DNA of 58,143 nucleotides from Pelomyxa schiedti. Taxonomy: Eukaryota > Protista > Evosea. The position numbers and the translations under genes were made by a program. The stretch spans positions 1 through 58,143 of the forward strand of contig JAHLWZ010000891.1 in the NCBI GenBank assembly GCA_020536535.1, given 5' to 3'. The notes under the pieces are model-generated. The model searched no databases. It was given only the letters and a program-made list of their open reading frames with translations, and was not told the DNA's origin. This document shows, piece by piece, positions 36,068 through 48,643 of the stretch; the first letter of the stretch is position 1, and the number at the start of each line of letters is the position of its first letter.

Positions 36068-39000
36068 ATGATGGCAAACACGACCGACGTTGTCGTTCAG
36101 GCGCGCAAAGGAACGGATGCTCTAGCTGGGCTTTACGCTACCGTTGCGCTGTCTCGCACTTGCCCATTCTCGCCGTCTATGGACGCCTCGATGAGGTTGT
36201 CCACGACGCTGGTGAAGACACATTACTCCCCTCGCCCTGCTCCCCTGACGCCGTTTCCCGCTTCCGCTTTCGCCGACGTTGTTCTTCCGCAAAGCGCTGG
36301 TGGCGTAATCATGGACGCAGTCGCTCGGCTGGTCGTGCCTGGAACTCCCTCGAGAGAGCTACCGCTTTCAACCTCGGGATTGTCTGCTCCTTGGTGCCTT
36401 CTGCTACTTTTTTTTTTTCTTTTTTTTTTTTCCTTCTCCCCGAATGATTTCTAACCGTCGTTGCAGGTACAGCGAATTGGTGAGGATGTTTCCTAGTGAC
36501 CGCGAGGGCTTGTCTCGTGTCTTCGTCGTTTTGAAACCTCTGGCAATTGCCTTGGAAGAGTGGTGGTGGTGCTACCGGAGCACAAAAGATTCTGGTGATG
36601 CCCATCCCATCGTTCACGACGAACAACATGAAAAGAGGTGTGCTGCCTTGGCACAGACTGTCAGGCAACAGCTGGACAATGCTTGTCGACTTCTTCCAGT
36701 CAGCACAGGAAAAGAAAGAACCTGTGGAGAGATGTGGGCTGCTTGTGGAATCGAGGATCCTCTTCTAAGGGCAGCTTTGGAAGCTTCTGCATGGCCTTAT
36801 GTCCTGGGTGATGGAGCCAGTTTATTGTCATGGGTCGTTTCTGTCGCTGTTTTGAATAACGCTGGAGCAGCCCTTCCAAAATGGCTCTTTGCCACTGGTG
36901 GTACCCCCCATGATACTTTGCGGGCAACTTGGGAGGCTTTGGCTTGTGCAATTGAAAGTGATGCTAAGTCTACCTATGGCACAGCTGTCATTGGCCCAAT
37001 ATCCCCAACGGCTACAGTCAAAGTGGTTGACGACAAAGACAGGGTGTGTGGAGTCGCTTTGAGTGACGGAACTCTTTTGCCCTGCAGCTTCTATGTACGT
37101 GGAGAACCAGCTGAGCTTGGATTTAAGGAAGTTACCAGAAGGCACACTTGTGCCATTTTAAGAGGCATGCTCAAACCCCCAGTGTCTGGAGCTGTTACTA
37201 CGTTCCGTCCTTACACCGAATATGTCATATTAGGAGAGAAGGGAAAGTGTTTCCCCAGGTCTCCTCTGCCTTCTTTTGCAGACGGAATAGCCAACACTGC
37301 CATGTCAGTTGTTTTTTCACCAGCTGGAGATTCTTTTTACTTTACCGCAACAATGATGTTTGCCGATTCAAAGCCTTTTGTTAAAGAAGCGGCTGATTTG
37401 ATATCTGCTAAACTTCGGGACAGACTGACGGCTGCATTTGCTCTTGGATCTGGCTACTCATTTGCCACTGCTGGGCTAGATTCCGAGTTACGTGTCTTTA
37501 CTGTATACGCCAATAGCTACAAAACTTCTCCACTCAATTTCTGCAACGACCTCCTCACACCAGCCCCAGCACAAGGAATCCAAGGATTGTACAGTGGAGA
37601 TCCCTTACGCTTCATCGTGGGGAGCTCACCTGCAACGGCAATGAGGTTTGCTGATGTTGTTGCCCAGCAAGTTCTTTCCTCCTGGAAAGAGATTTTTCCA
37701 CTTTATGAATCGATGGATGACCTAAGGCTTCAACGGATTCTTGATGTTCGGTCTATGTCCCAAACACCAACAGAAACTCCACCCAGCCAAATTTTGGCAG
37801 TTACAGGAATTTCATGTAGGTTCCCTGGTTGCAACTCTGTCTCCGAGTTTTGGGATGTTTTGATGACAGGTAAGTGCACAATTAAACCTGTTGCACACAG
37901 TCGATGGGACAGGGACTTCTACACAAGGTTTTTCCCCTTTGCAATCCCATCAATCCTAACGTTCTTGTTAGTTCTGTAGCAGCAGAACCTGGAAAAATGA
38001 TTTGCGACAGGGCAGGTCTGGTTGATGATAACGAAATGTTTGGCTTTGACCACGAACTGTTCCGTATAAATGCAAGAGAGGCGCAGTTGATGGATCCTCA
38101 GCAAAGGGCTCTCCTTAAGGTTTCGTATGAGGCATTAGAAGGTTCTTTCTCGTTCGACCATTTTCTTTCTCTTACACTGTTCTAGATGCCGGAATACCAG
38201 TGGGGCTTGGGTCGGGAGAAGAAGGAGGCGCGGGAATGAATATTGGCGTTTTTGTGGGAGCTTCCACAACAGATTTCACCATACTTCAGAACATTGACCC
38301 TCATCCCCTTTCGGTGTACTCCAGTACAGGAAGTGCAACCAGCATTCTTGCCAACAGGATTTCATATGTGATGAATTTGAGGGGACCAAGCCACACAGCA
38401 GATAGTGCCTGCTCTTCGACAATGGTAGCATTTGACAAGGGCTGTCAGGCCATCAAGATGGGTGACTGTCACAGTTGCCTCGTTTGTGGAATAAATGTTT
38501 TGCTCAATCCTTGCACTTCTGTTGGTTTCACCAAATTGGGCATTCTGGGGCCTGATGGGCTGTGCCGGGCTTTTGATTCCAACACTGGCGGATTTGTTCG
38601 TGCTGAGGGTGCTGGAAGCCTTGTTCTCACTACTCTAAAGAGAGCTGAGGAGCAAGGGGACAGAATTTACGCTGTTGTTTACGGAAGTGGCACGAACTCT
38701 GACGGCCATAGCAAAGTTGGTCTGACGATGCCAGGTGTTAAATCACAGGCAGCTCTTCTACGTCGAGTTTATGCTGCTTCTGGTGTTAATCCCCGTGAGA
38801 TTGAAGTTATTGAAGCTCACGGAACGGGTACCGCAGCAGGCGATCCAACAGAAGTTGAAGCATTGGGTACCGTCTTCCGGTGTGGCCGAACAGCAAGCAA
38901 ACCCTTAGTAGTCACTTCTGTCAAGGGAAATCTTGGGCATCTTGAAAGTGCCAGTGGAATGCCTGGCCTCCTTAAAGCTGTTTTGTCCTGTTACTATTCT

Positions 39001-42000
39001 GTAATTCCTAAATCCCTTCACATCGATACGCCAAATCCGCACATTGCCTGGGAGCAATTGCGGGTTACTCCAGCAAGGGAGCAGATGCCTTGGAACTCAG
39101 CGAAGAGGATGATTGGAGTAAACTCCTTTGGTTTTGGTGGTACAAATTCACATGCTATAATTGGAAATTACATCCCTTCTTCTACACACGCCTCTAGTTC
39201 CCCGAACTTTTCTCCGTCTGGCAAGCGACAGGAGTTGCTACTCCTCAGTGCTAGAACACAGGAGTCTGTCAAAGCGTACGCTGCGAAGCTGGCCCGTTAC
39301 CTTCGGGCTAACCCAAATCTCCCTCTTTCCGATGTGTCCTTTACAACGACTTGCCGAAGGACCAAATTTTCTTACAGTTTGGCGTGCATTGTATCCTCAG
39401 TGAAAAATGCTATTACTACTTTGGAAGATCCAAACACCTGGCAACCCGCTGTTACCAAGAAAGAGTTTACCGCCCCTTCAGATATAGCCTTCGTGTTTTC
39501 TGGTCAGGGAACTCAGTGGCACGCAATGGCCCGTGATTTGATTACACAAGGTGGTTTGTTGGGTCCACCAGCGGAACCGGCGTGGAAAGAGGCTATCATT
39601 TTTTGCAAAGTTCTGAAGAAAATTGATAGGTTACTGAAGCACGAGCACTCCACTTACCTTGCCACTCTCTCCCAAGAAGAACGAGATAAGCTTCCACCAG
39701 AGGAGCTGGAGACACCAGACTTGGTGACAAACTTTACCAACGATAAGGACCAAAATGCAATTTCCGAGTGTGTTCGCTCTCAGCATTCTGTTTTTGCTCT
39801 ACAAGTAGCAACTGCCCGAATGCTCATTGCATGTGGAATTAAACCAGCGTGTACCATGGGGCATAGCAGTGGCGAGCTTGCGGCCCTTCACATTGGTGGC
39901 CACTTTGCTCTTGAGGACTCTGTGCCTTTGTTGTACCATCGTACTCGTCTTCTCAATAGATCTTCTCGATTGGGAGGTAAGATGATTGCTGTAGCGACCA
40001 CCCTTTCTAAGGGTCTCGAAATGATTAAGTCTTGGCCCAACTTATGCATCAGCGCATGGACATCACCAAATCAAATCACAATATCTGGTGATGCTGACCA
40101 GGTTCAAAAGCTGAACCAAGAGTTAAAGAAAGCAGGTGTACGAAATACCATTCTTAATGCTGCTGCAGCGTACCACAGCCCTCACCTTGAAATGCTCAAG
40201 GCAGATGCCTTTAAGTTTATCAACAGAAGCTCTGACCTCTTGAAAAAGAAAGGTACAGCTCGCTTCTTCTCAACTGCAATGTGTGCGGAGCCGGCCTCAT
40301 CCGCTGATGAGACAATGATTTTCAGTGACTACTCCAGCAGGATTGACGCCACTTATTGGTGGACTGCCATGAGAGAGCAGGTCAACTTTTACCCTGGTTT
40401 CCGTAACCTCGTCAAACACTCAAAATGCCGCGTATTCATTGAAATTTCTCCCTCTCCCGCTCTCATTTCCCCAATGCGTGAGGCTCTGGATACCATCAAT
40501 CTTCCCGATAAAACTCTCGTTCTCCCTTCCCTCAACAGAAGGAAAACTGACAGGCAAGCAATCCTGGAACTCATGTTTATGCTTCAGGCAAGTGGTGCCT
40601 GCCCGGATTTAAAATGGAGTACAGTTTTATCTGTTCGTACCCCTGCAATTTCTTCCGCTCCAAACCAGAAGTCAAACTACATACTTCCCAAGTTGACCAC
40701 TCTTCCAAACTACTCCTTTGAGGAAACTGTATTCATGGTTCCCCTGCCTCCGTTGGTTGATGAAGTTCTTCGGGGTAGCAAAACCTTCAAGCACCCGTTT
40801 GTCAGAGCACTGACTGATGCTCCAACTGAATGTTGGGTTACTGAGTTATCTAGAACGAGGATCCCGTGGGTCAAGGACCACTGTGTCCAAGGTCTATCTT
40901 TGTCCTTTTTTGTTTTGTATGACTTTTCCCTCAGGATCTGTTGTTTTCCCTGCTGTCGCATACGTTGAAACTCTTCTGCAGGCCGGTACCCTACTTTTCC
41001 CTGGATCCCCGTTTGAGCTTTCCGAAGTTGCCTTCAAAAATATGTTTATTCTGGAAGACTCCAAAGTCTACAGCTACAGAGTATCTGTGGCCAGTTCAGG
41101 TATAGGTCGCAGCTGGCTTGATTTGGAGATTCACACAAGAGAGGAACCACACACAAATGAGGGACCCTCGCAGTGGAGATTACACTGCTGCGGAAGAGCA
41201 ATTCCTCTCAAGTCGCTGACTTTTACAAAGAGTAAAGCCCAAGCAGCACTGGGCAATATGAAAAAATGCACTCAAGTCATTGATCTTCCTTCTTTCTATA
41301 CCAATCTGTTTAAGGATGGTCTGCAGTATGGACCTCTGTTCAATAGTCCTGCACAGAGTATCACTTATGCAACCGACAAATCGTACACCTGCGGACATAT
41401 GAAACCACCTCAGGGTGTTTTGGAGGATAAGGATCTTCCTAACTTCCAAGGTCCCCATCCTGCCATTCTAGATGCATGTTTGCACCCCGTTGTCTGTCTT
41501 CAAGATACTTCCAATGGGCCTGCTCTTCCTGTTTCTTTTGGACGAATTGTTTTGTTGAATCCTAGAGCAGCCGAGTCAACAACGCCTTCACCCCTAACAG
41601 CCCCAACTGGAGAGTTTTATGTGTGCTGTGAAAGTGGCCCAGACGCTAGCTGCAAGCTTCTTGTTGTTGCCCACCGTGAGTCTCCTGATAAGGAACCAGT
41701 TCCAGTTATAGTTTTGGAAGAATTAAGGGCTAAGTCACTTTCATCTGTTGAAGCAAAATGCCCACCCTACAAGTGGCTGGCTGGGAAATGGGATTCAATT
41801 GCTTCTACCAAGGTAAATATGAGACACGGCACAGGCTGTGTGTGCTGTCTTTGCCGACAGAATGCGGACGCTCTTGTTCCCATCCCTCGGAAGATGTTTT
41901 CAGAAGGCTTGGCAGCCTTAGAGAGCGTGACCTCTAAAATGCCCCGAAATTTTGCAAGTCTGTGTTTCCTTGTCTGCCTCTCCAGGCTGGGATTCTACCC

Positions 42001-45000
42001 TCCTGTGGGTACCAAGTTTACCGTGCAGAGTGTTCTTACTCACTGCCACGTTAAAGCAGAACACCATCGATACTTTGTGAGTCTCCTTCTCTTCTTGACC
42101 GATATGGCGCCTCCCTACTTGGAATGCGTCACACGACCCAGCAATTTCCTCGAGATGCAATTTGTTGTTAAGAAACAGTGGGGTGACTATGTAGCTGAGG
42201 AAAAGCGCTTCCAACAAGTAAATTCCCAAGTGACCAGAGATCTACCCTCGCTCTGGCCCGCGAATGTTCTTGTGAATAGGGTTCGAGAACACTTCGAGAG
42301 TCTTGTTCAGGAAGGTGACTCTGGTGCCAGCTTTGTGACGATGCTATTTGAGGTTGTGGAAGCCTACTACTCTCAAATTCCCATGATAACTCTTCTCAAT
42401 AATACCATTGCTGAAATGGTGGGAAATTATATCTCTTCTGTTTCCAAGGATTGCCCAATCCGCATTCTGGAGGTTGGTGCTGGTACTGGTGGCACAACGA
42501 AATCCATTCTTCCCCTTCTCCCTCAAGACAGAACTACATTCTACTTTACGGATTTGTCTAAGGCTTTTAACAAGTTTGCGTATGCACTTAAAGAAAAATA
42601 CCCTTGTGTTGAATTTGCTGTGTTCAATGCTGAGAAACCGTGTGAGGACCCAAGTTGGACCGGGTTCTTTGACATTGTAATAGCCGCTAACGTGCTACAC
42701 GCAACTACTAACCTCAATAACACACTGAGTAACATAAGACCCCTACTCAAACCGTCTGGCATCATTTTCTTGAATGAATTGGAAAAAGAGGAAGTTTCTG
42801 CCCTAGTGTTTGGTTTGGCTTCAGGGTGGTGGTTGGCAACGGAGGAGGACCGCCGACAAAACTTCTCTCCTCTGCTTACTGGGACTCAGTGGTCAAAGTA
42901 CCTTGTCAATGCCGGTTTCACAAACCCCAAATTCTTCCCACTGGCGAAGCAGGATAGATTTGCTTTCAACCTCGTAATGGCTCAGGCACCTCCACCTGTT
43001 TCTTCCACCGGTACACCTTCTCAGTTGCAGCCATTGTCTCTCATTGGTCGTCCTCTCCCTCTCCCTCCTGCAAACACGATTGTTTTCTGGTTGGGGTCTG
43101 AGGAAACCCTCGAGACAACCTTACGCAATAAACCAGTTCTGGAGGCCCTCGGGTGTGAAATTGTTCCCGTGACCGTCATTGCAAGTGGTCACAAAATGCC
43201 TGCGGCTCAGTCTGGAGAATTATTTGTCCAGACGAGCAACCCTGATTCCTTCAATACCTTAGTAGATGAGACACTGACAATGAGTCAGAGAAATCAACCA
43301 CAACGCAAGATTGTCTTTGTTCACGCTACAGCTCTCCTTTCAGCTTCTCAAGTTAGCTCAGATTGTGAACCAGATATTGACTGGATTAAAACTAAAGTCC
43401 GTCGTGATCTGACATCAATTCTTTTCCTGGTCCAAGCAATAACCCGCAAAAACTGCAAGTGTAAATTGTTGATTCTTACGAGCGGTGCTCATCAGTGGTC
43501 TGACGTGGAGGAGCATAATGTCCCGTATTCTGCAGCAATGGTTGGGTGGGGAAGAACCATTATGTCAGAAATTGGTACCGAGTTGCATACAACCCTGGCA
43601 GATGTTTCTTCTCAGCAAAGACAAATCGAGTTGGTCTCTGCATTGGAGATTATGCTCGACGACCAAGTTGACTCTTCGTTCGAGGAATACACGATGAGAT
43701 TTGATAAGCGTGCAGTTTATCGTATTTATGAAGCACCTGATGTAGCTGCAGTCAGCGTACCTCATAAGCAGGTTATTCTCAGTGGCCCTCATTCTGACAG
43801 CCCCATACCTTACCGAGCTGAATACCAGCCACAACGACGCAAAATCTCGACACAGGAGCGCGGAATTCCTGAGCCCATCCCTATGGACAATGTTGTTGTG
43901 AAGATTGTTGCTGCTGGTCTCAACTTCCATGATGGTATGGTTGTGACAGGCGCAATGCCCCCTGGATCATCTGACTGGTCTATCGGCATGGAGTTCTCTG
44001 GCGTTGTTCAAGCCGTTGGAGAAGCTGTTACCAATGTGAGGGTAGGGGACAAAGTTGTTGGATTTGGTGATGATTTATTTGGAAGTCACGCATGTGTCCC
44101 TGCTCTGGATGTGGAAAAATTCCCAGATACCATGTCCTTTGAAGAAGCTGCTTCTATACCAAGTGTATTCTGCACTGCTTATGTGGGGCTCATCGAAATG
44201 GCTCACATCCAAGCTGGAGAGACCGTTCTTATCCACAGTGCGGCGGGTGGTGTTGGTATTGCTGCAATCCAACTTTGCAAGATGCGAAACTGCAAGATCA
44301 TTGTGACTGTTGGTTCCAAATCGAAAGAAGAGTTCCTAAAACTCTATAACGTGGATCATATCTTTGACTCTCATACTGGAGATTTTGAAGACCAGGTTAT
44401 TCCTCCTAATCTTGTTTTGCCACACTAATAAGAGCGAAAGATCAAAAAACTTGGTGGCTGTGATGTTGTATTGAATAGCTTGAAGAGTCCCCTGATGGAA
44501 GCCTCTATTCGTTGTTTAAGAGATTTTGGACGGTTTGTTGAAATTGGTAAGGTGGACATTTTCAATGGAGGCAAACTGCCGCTTTCTCCATTTAAGAGGT
44601 CAATCGCTTTTATGAGCTTACATATGGACTTCCTTGAGTCTTCCGTTTTGCGCAAGTCCATGAAGGAAGTAATGAAACTTATTGAGAAAGGTTTGATTAA
44701 ACCTCTGCCTGTAACAGTCTCCCCTATGTCCCATGTTGATAGTGCACTCGCTGCCATGGGACATGGAACTCATGTAGGAAAGCTCGTGGCAAGTAATGCA
44801 CGTGACCGTATTGTCAAAGTAACACCTGAGGGCTCTGTTCACACAATAAAAAAGACTGGAGCTTACGTTGTCACTGGCGGCACAGGTGGTGTTGGCTTTG
44901 CTATGGTAGAGTACCTAGCGCACCTTGGAGCTGGATGTGTTGTGGCAATGTCCAGATCTGGAGGCTCAAGCAATCTCTCCCAAGCCATTTCTACCGTAGA

Positions 45001-46946
45001 AGCAAAAACAGGGTGCAAGATTGTGATTTGCAAATGCGATATTGGACAAGCTACAACCGATGTTGTTACTGGTGTCATAAAATCTGCAATAGGCACCCTA
45101 CCAGTACTTGGCGTGGTGCACTGTGCCATGGTCTTGCGTGATAATGGTCTAGCAAGCATGACCGTGGACGAGCTGGAGGGAGCTGTGAGCCCCAAGATCT
45201 TTGGTGCTTGGAACGTTTTGGAAGCTCTGAAGCGTCTTAGCCTGAAACCAGAGTGGTGGGTTTCCTATTCTTCCGCCGCAGCACTTGTGGGTGGGCAGGG
45301 ACAGGCCAACTATAATGCCGGGAACACTTTCCTTGACTCTATGATTAACTTCTTGCGCCGTAAAGGAATTGACTCCTGGTCATTCAACCTTGGTCCAGTG
45401 CAGGATGTTGGTTACGTTGCAGGCAATAAGCAAGCACAGGAAAATGTTGCCTTATACGGTGTGCGTTCCCTGACTGGACAGGAGGTTCTTGACACTACTT
45501 TTAAATGTGCCATGTGCCTTGGCACACCCCGGCCGCCCCCGTCATGCAGTCTGGGAATGATGGATGTGGAGTGGAACACATTCTTCCGCAATCCATTTGC
45601 CAAACTTTCCAAGAGATTTACACTACTTAGTGACAAAGATACCGCGAGCTCTAAGTCTGTTAATCTGAAAGCACTTTCTTCGGAAGGAGATGCCGAAGCC
45701 CTCACACCAAAAGTCATTCAGTACCTCGCAACGGCTACTGCCAGTGTTCTTCACATGCCGGCAGGTGATGTCGATGTCAACACGCCTCTCACTCAACTCG
45801 GTGTTGACTCTCTAGTCACCATTGAACTACGTCAACAAATTTTCTCGCTTTTACACGTTGACGTACCAGTAGTTGCACTACTTAAAGGACCAACTCTCAC
45901 GGAGTTGGCTTCTTACTTGATCTCTAATCTTAAGGGAAGTGCGGCTGGAGCAGCCACCGAGAAACCCAAAGAAGCAACTGCAGCGTCAACAGCAGCCACA
46001 TCCAGTGCCGCAGTGTCTGCTCTTCCATCTTCAGCCTCTATTTCTACTACCAGCAGTAATCCCTACAAGGTAACAGCTCTTCCACGCCCAGCCGGGAACA
46101 CCACACCGGTCACTTGCAGTTTGATCTGTTTCCCATTTGTTCAAGGAACGGCAGCAGCGTTTGAAAGTTGGCCTGAGCGATTACCCGCCTACGTTGAGGT
46201 TCTTGTAACGTCGTGCCCGAATCACGTTACCGTGGGCCCTGAGCTCCCTGCTGCCCTTTCTGCCTTCTTTGCGTCGAGACCCGAGAAACCTACCAGGTCC
46301 ATATTCTATGGTATGAACCTCCACCGTCAAAATTCAATGTCTTATCTTTCACAGGTCACAGCACAGGTACTCTCTCAGCTTATTCCGTTGCTTGGCGATT
46401 CCAACGAGGGGATCCCGAATGTGCAAACATTCCGCCACCTTGCGCTATCATTCTTTCAGCACTTCGTCCACCTCTCCCTGATGCTTTGGTCCACACCCCA
46501 CCACTGCTTATTCCGAGCAGTGTGCATCCTTTGATTGCCCAGGCTCATCAAATGAAAGAGCCTCCAATTACCTTGCCCATGCTGGTACTGCAACCAACCG
46601 GAGACGCTACAAACACTGCCGAAACACTCGGCAAATGGCAAGAGTACACAACCAACCCTCTCTTCATCCTTCGGCAAGTGCCAGGACCCCATCTCAACAT
46701 CGTGACTCACAAAGAACAACCAACCACTTACATATCCAGCTTCATCAACCGCTGTGTCAATCTCCCCCTTCCAACCAAAACGTCAACTGACCACCCAATG
46801 GAGGACGAAGTTGTATCACGCAAGCGTGCCCCCGCAGACCACCCCACTCCTCAGGATGCTTCAGGTTCATTTCCTACTACTTACTTTTTACTCTTCTTAC
46901 CAAACACAAAACAGACAAGAAGAGGAGGGTAGACGGCCGATTTTGA
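36068..46946 (+). CDS. Type I highly reducing polyketide/fatty-acid synthase: [CrtI-like]-KS-AT-DH-cMT-psiKR-ER-KR-ACP-TE; about 7 short introns
   Basis: KS DSACSS (38401), [61 protein letters not shown]. c[72 protein letters not shown]|HSTG, PGPH. Confidence 0.95.
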
Positions 46947-47107
46947 GTAATTTTACACCAAACACATAACAAAACAAAAACAACACAAAGGGAAGAACAA
47001 GAAAAAAACGAATAATTTTTTTCTTCTCAACATTAGCTTTTTTTTTTTACAATACAATGAAAACATTCAAAAAACACCCTTTAGGGTGTAGGTGGTGTTG
47101 TGGTGTG

Positions 47108-47942
47108 TCAACAGGCACAGGCGCAAATTTCTAGCTGGGAACCTGTTTCCTGTAGCATAAATGGGTGTGCCCTTGTGGCTTCGGTAATGGGGAAGGAGGG
47201 TGACATCTTAGACATGGTTTCTGTGTTGTAGCAACAGAGAGCGGTAACTGGAAGCCGCTGTACCATCACCGTAGCTCTTCTCTCGTATTCTACTATGCTG
47301 TCTTGCCATTCTCGTGGTGTTTTGGCGATTGTGTGTTCCTTCCCTTGGGATTTGGGAAGGTCGGCGAGTAGATATATAGATTTGGGGCCGCGTTCTAAAA
47401 TATTCTCGAGATCCTGGCCCATTTTCTCACAGCGAGCATCTGGAGTTAACAGCTGCACAGGAGTACATGTCACAACAACTTTAACTTCGGAGGTAAACAT
47501 ACTTTTCGATAGTTTGCCCTGCCCATAGCAACAATGAGACCCTCCTCAAGTAGGTGGTTTGTATCAATTCCGTGAGAAGATAAAGCCCCCAGTATAATTT
47601 CCAGTACTTTTCTCCCGACAAATAGTACAACACATGCGCTACCAATCCCAGGCAGAAGGAATTTAATAGCAGCAGCAGTCAATGTTTCGTACTTGCTGTA
47701 AGGTAAACACAGGTGGTCCCCAAGTTTTACATGGATGGTCTGCCGAGAATAAGGAATCAGTGCGAACTGTGGTGTAATACCGCTCTCTCCAATTGAGGTG
47801 CGGGCTGGAAAATCAGAAAGCTGGAACTAGTGTCACCACGGGAGAATGAAAGGAGTTTTCCTGCAGCTTCCGTGAACAAAACAGCAGTCTCTTGAAGTGT
47901 ATTTGAAAGCAGAACTGTTTGAACTTGGACCTCCTCGGGCAA
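47108..47942 (-). CDS. MEDS (methanogen/methylotroph DcmR sensory) domain protein; intron-containing, start uncertain (possibly ~48123)
   Basis: LGDHLCLPYSKYETLTAAAIKFLLPGI...LSSHGIDTNHLLEEGLI...IVEYE...VTALCCYN...TRAHPF. GT-AG intron at ~47452-47502. Confidence 0.75.
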
Positions 47943-48643
47943 ACTACTTTTATTTTTCCCCAGTTAGTTTGAAAAAAACATCGTGCAACAAGGGAGGAAA
48001 AAACCATACGGCGGCTGGGCCGATCGTCCTTGGTGTAAATTCAACGCATCGTACGTTTCTTGTATCCTGTCGCCAACAGCACTGCAATGTTCAGTGATGT
48101 TTACAAGATATGTTCCTGGCCATTAAGTCACCAAGAAAAAAAATAAAAGAAACCAAATAACAAGTACCTAGATCGGACATCCGTAAGAAACCACGTAGAT
48201 CCGGATGAGTGGTGCGCCCCACAGCACTTCGTGGTTGTAAAGTGTTTACGTGCACGCCGCCCTGTACTGCACTATTGGCTTTTGTTACCTTTTGTGCCTA
48301 ACTGACCAATTGGTATGAAATTTCGGGGTTTCACAGAACTACCTTCGTGACACGAACGTAGGGACTTTCCCCGCAAGGTGAGGAAGGCACTTGCATCTTT
48401 CATCAACAAACCACTATCACAAAAGGACTGCAGCCCTCTATCTCCATTCTTCCAGAAATGAAGAACAAGCACACCAAGGGAGGGGATTACCATTGGCCTA
48501 TGAAGCCTCACTTCAAGATTCTTCCACTTGTGCACAATACGGGCGATTTAGATTCCCCGAATCGAAGATGGGGGCCCTAATTAAAAAAGTCATCATCTGT
48601 CACTGCACATTATCACAACAAAAAACAAACTCTGCACAGCACA

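Noticed and set aside
36068-46946. PKS as several genes, or programmed frameshifts
   Set aside because: Every frame change coincides with a short GT-AG intron whose removal restores conserved sequence (e.g. HCVQG|SVVFP, EALE|DAG, G|HSTG).
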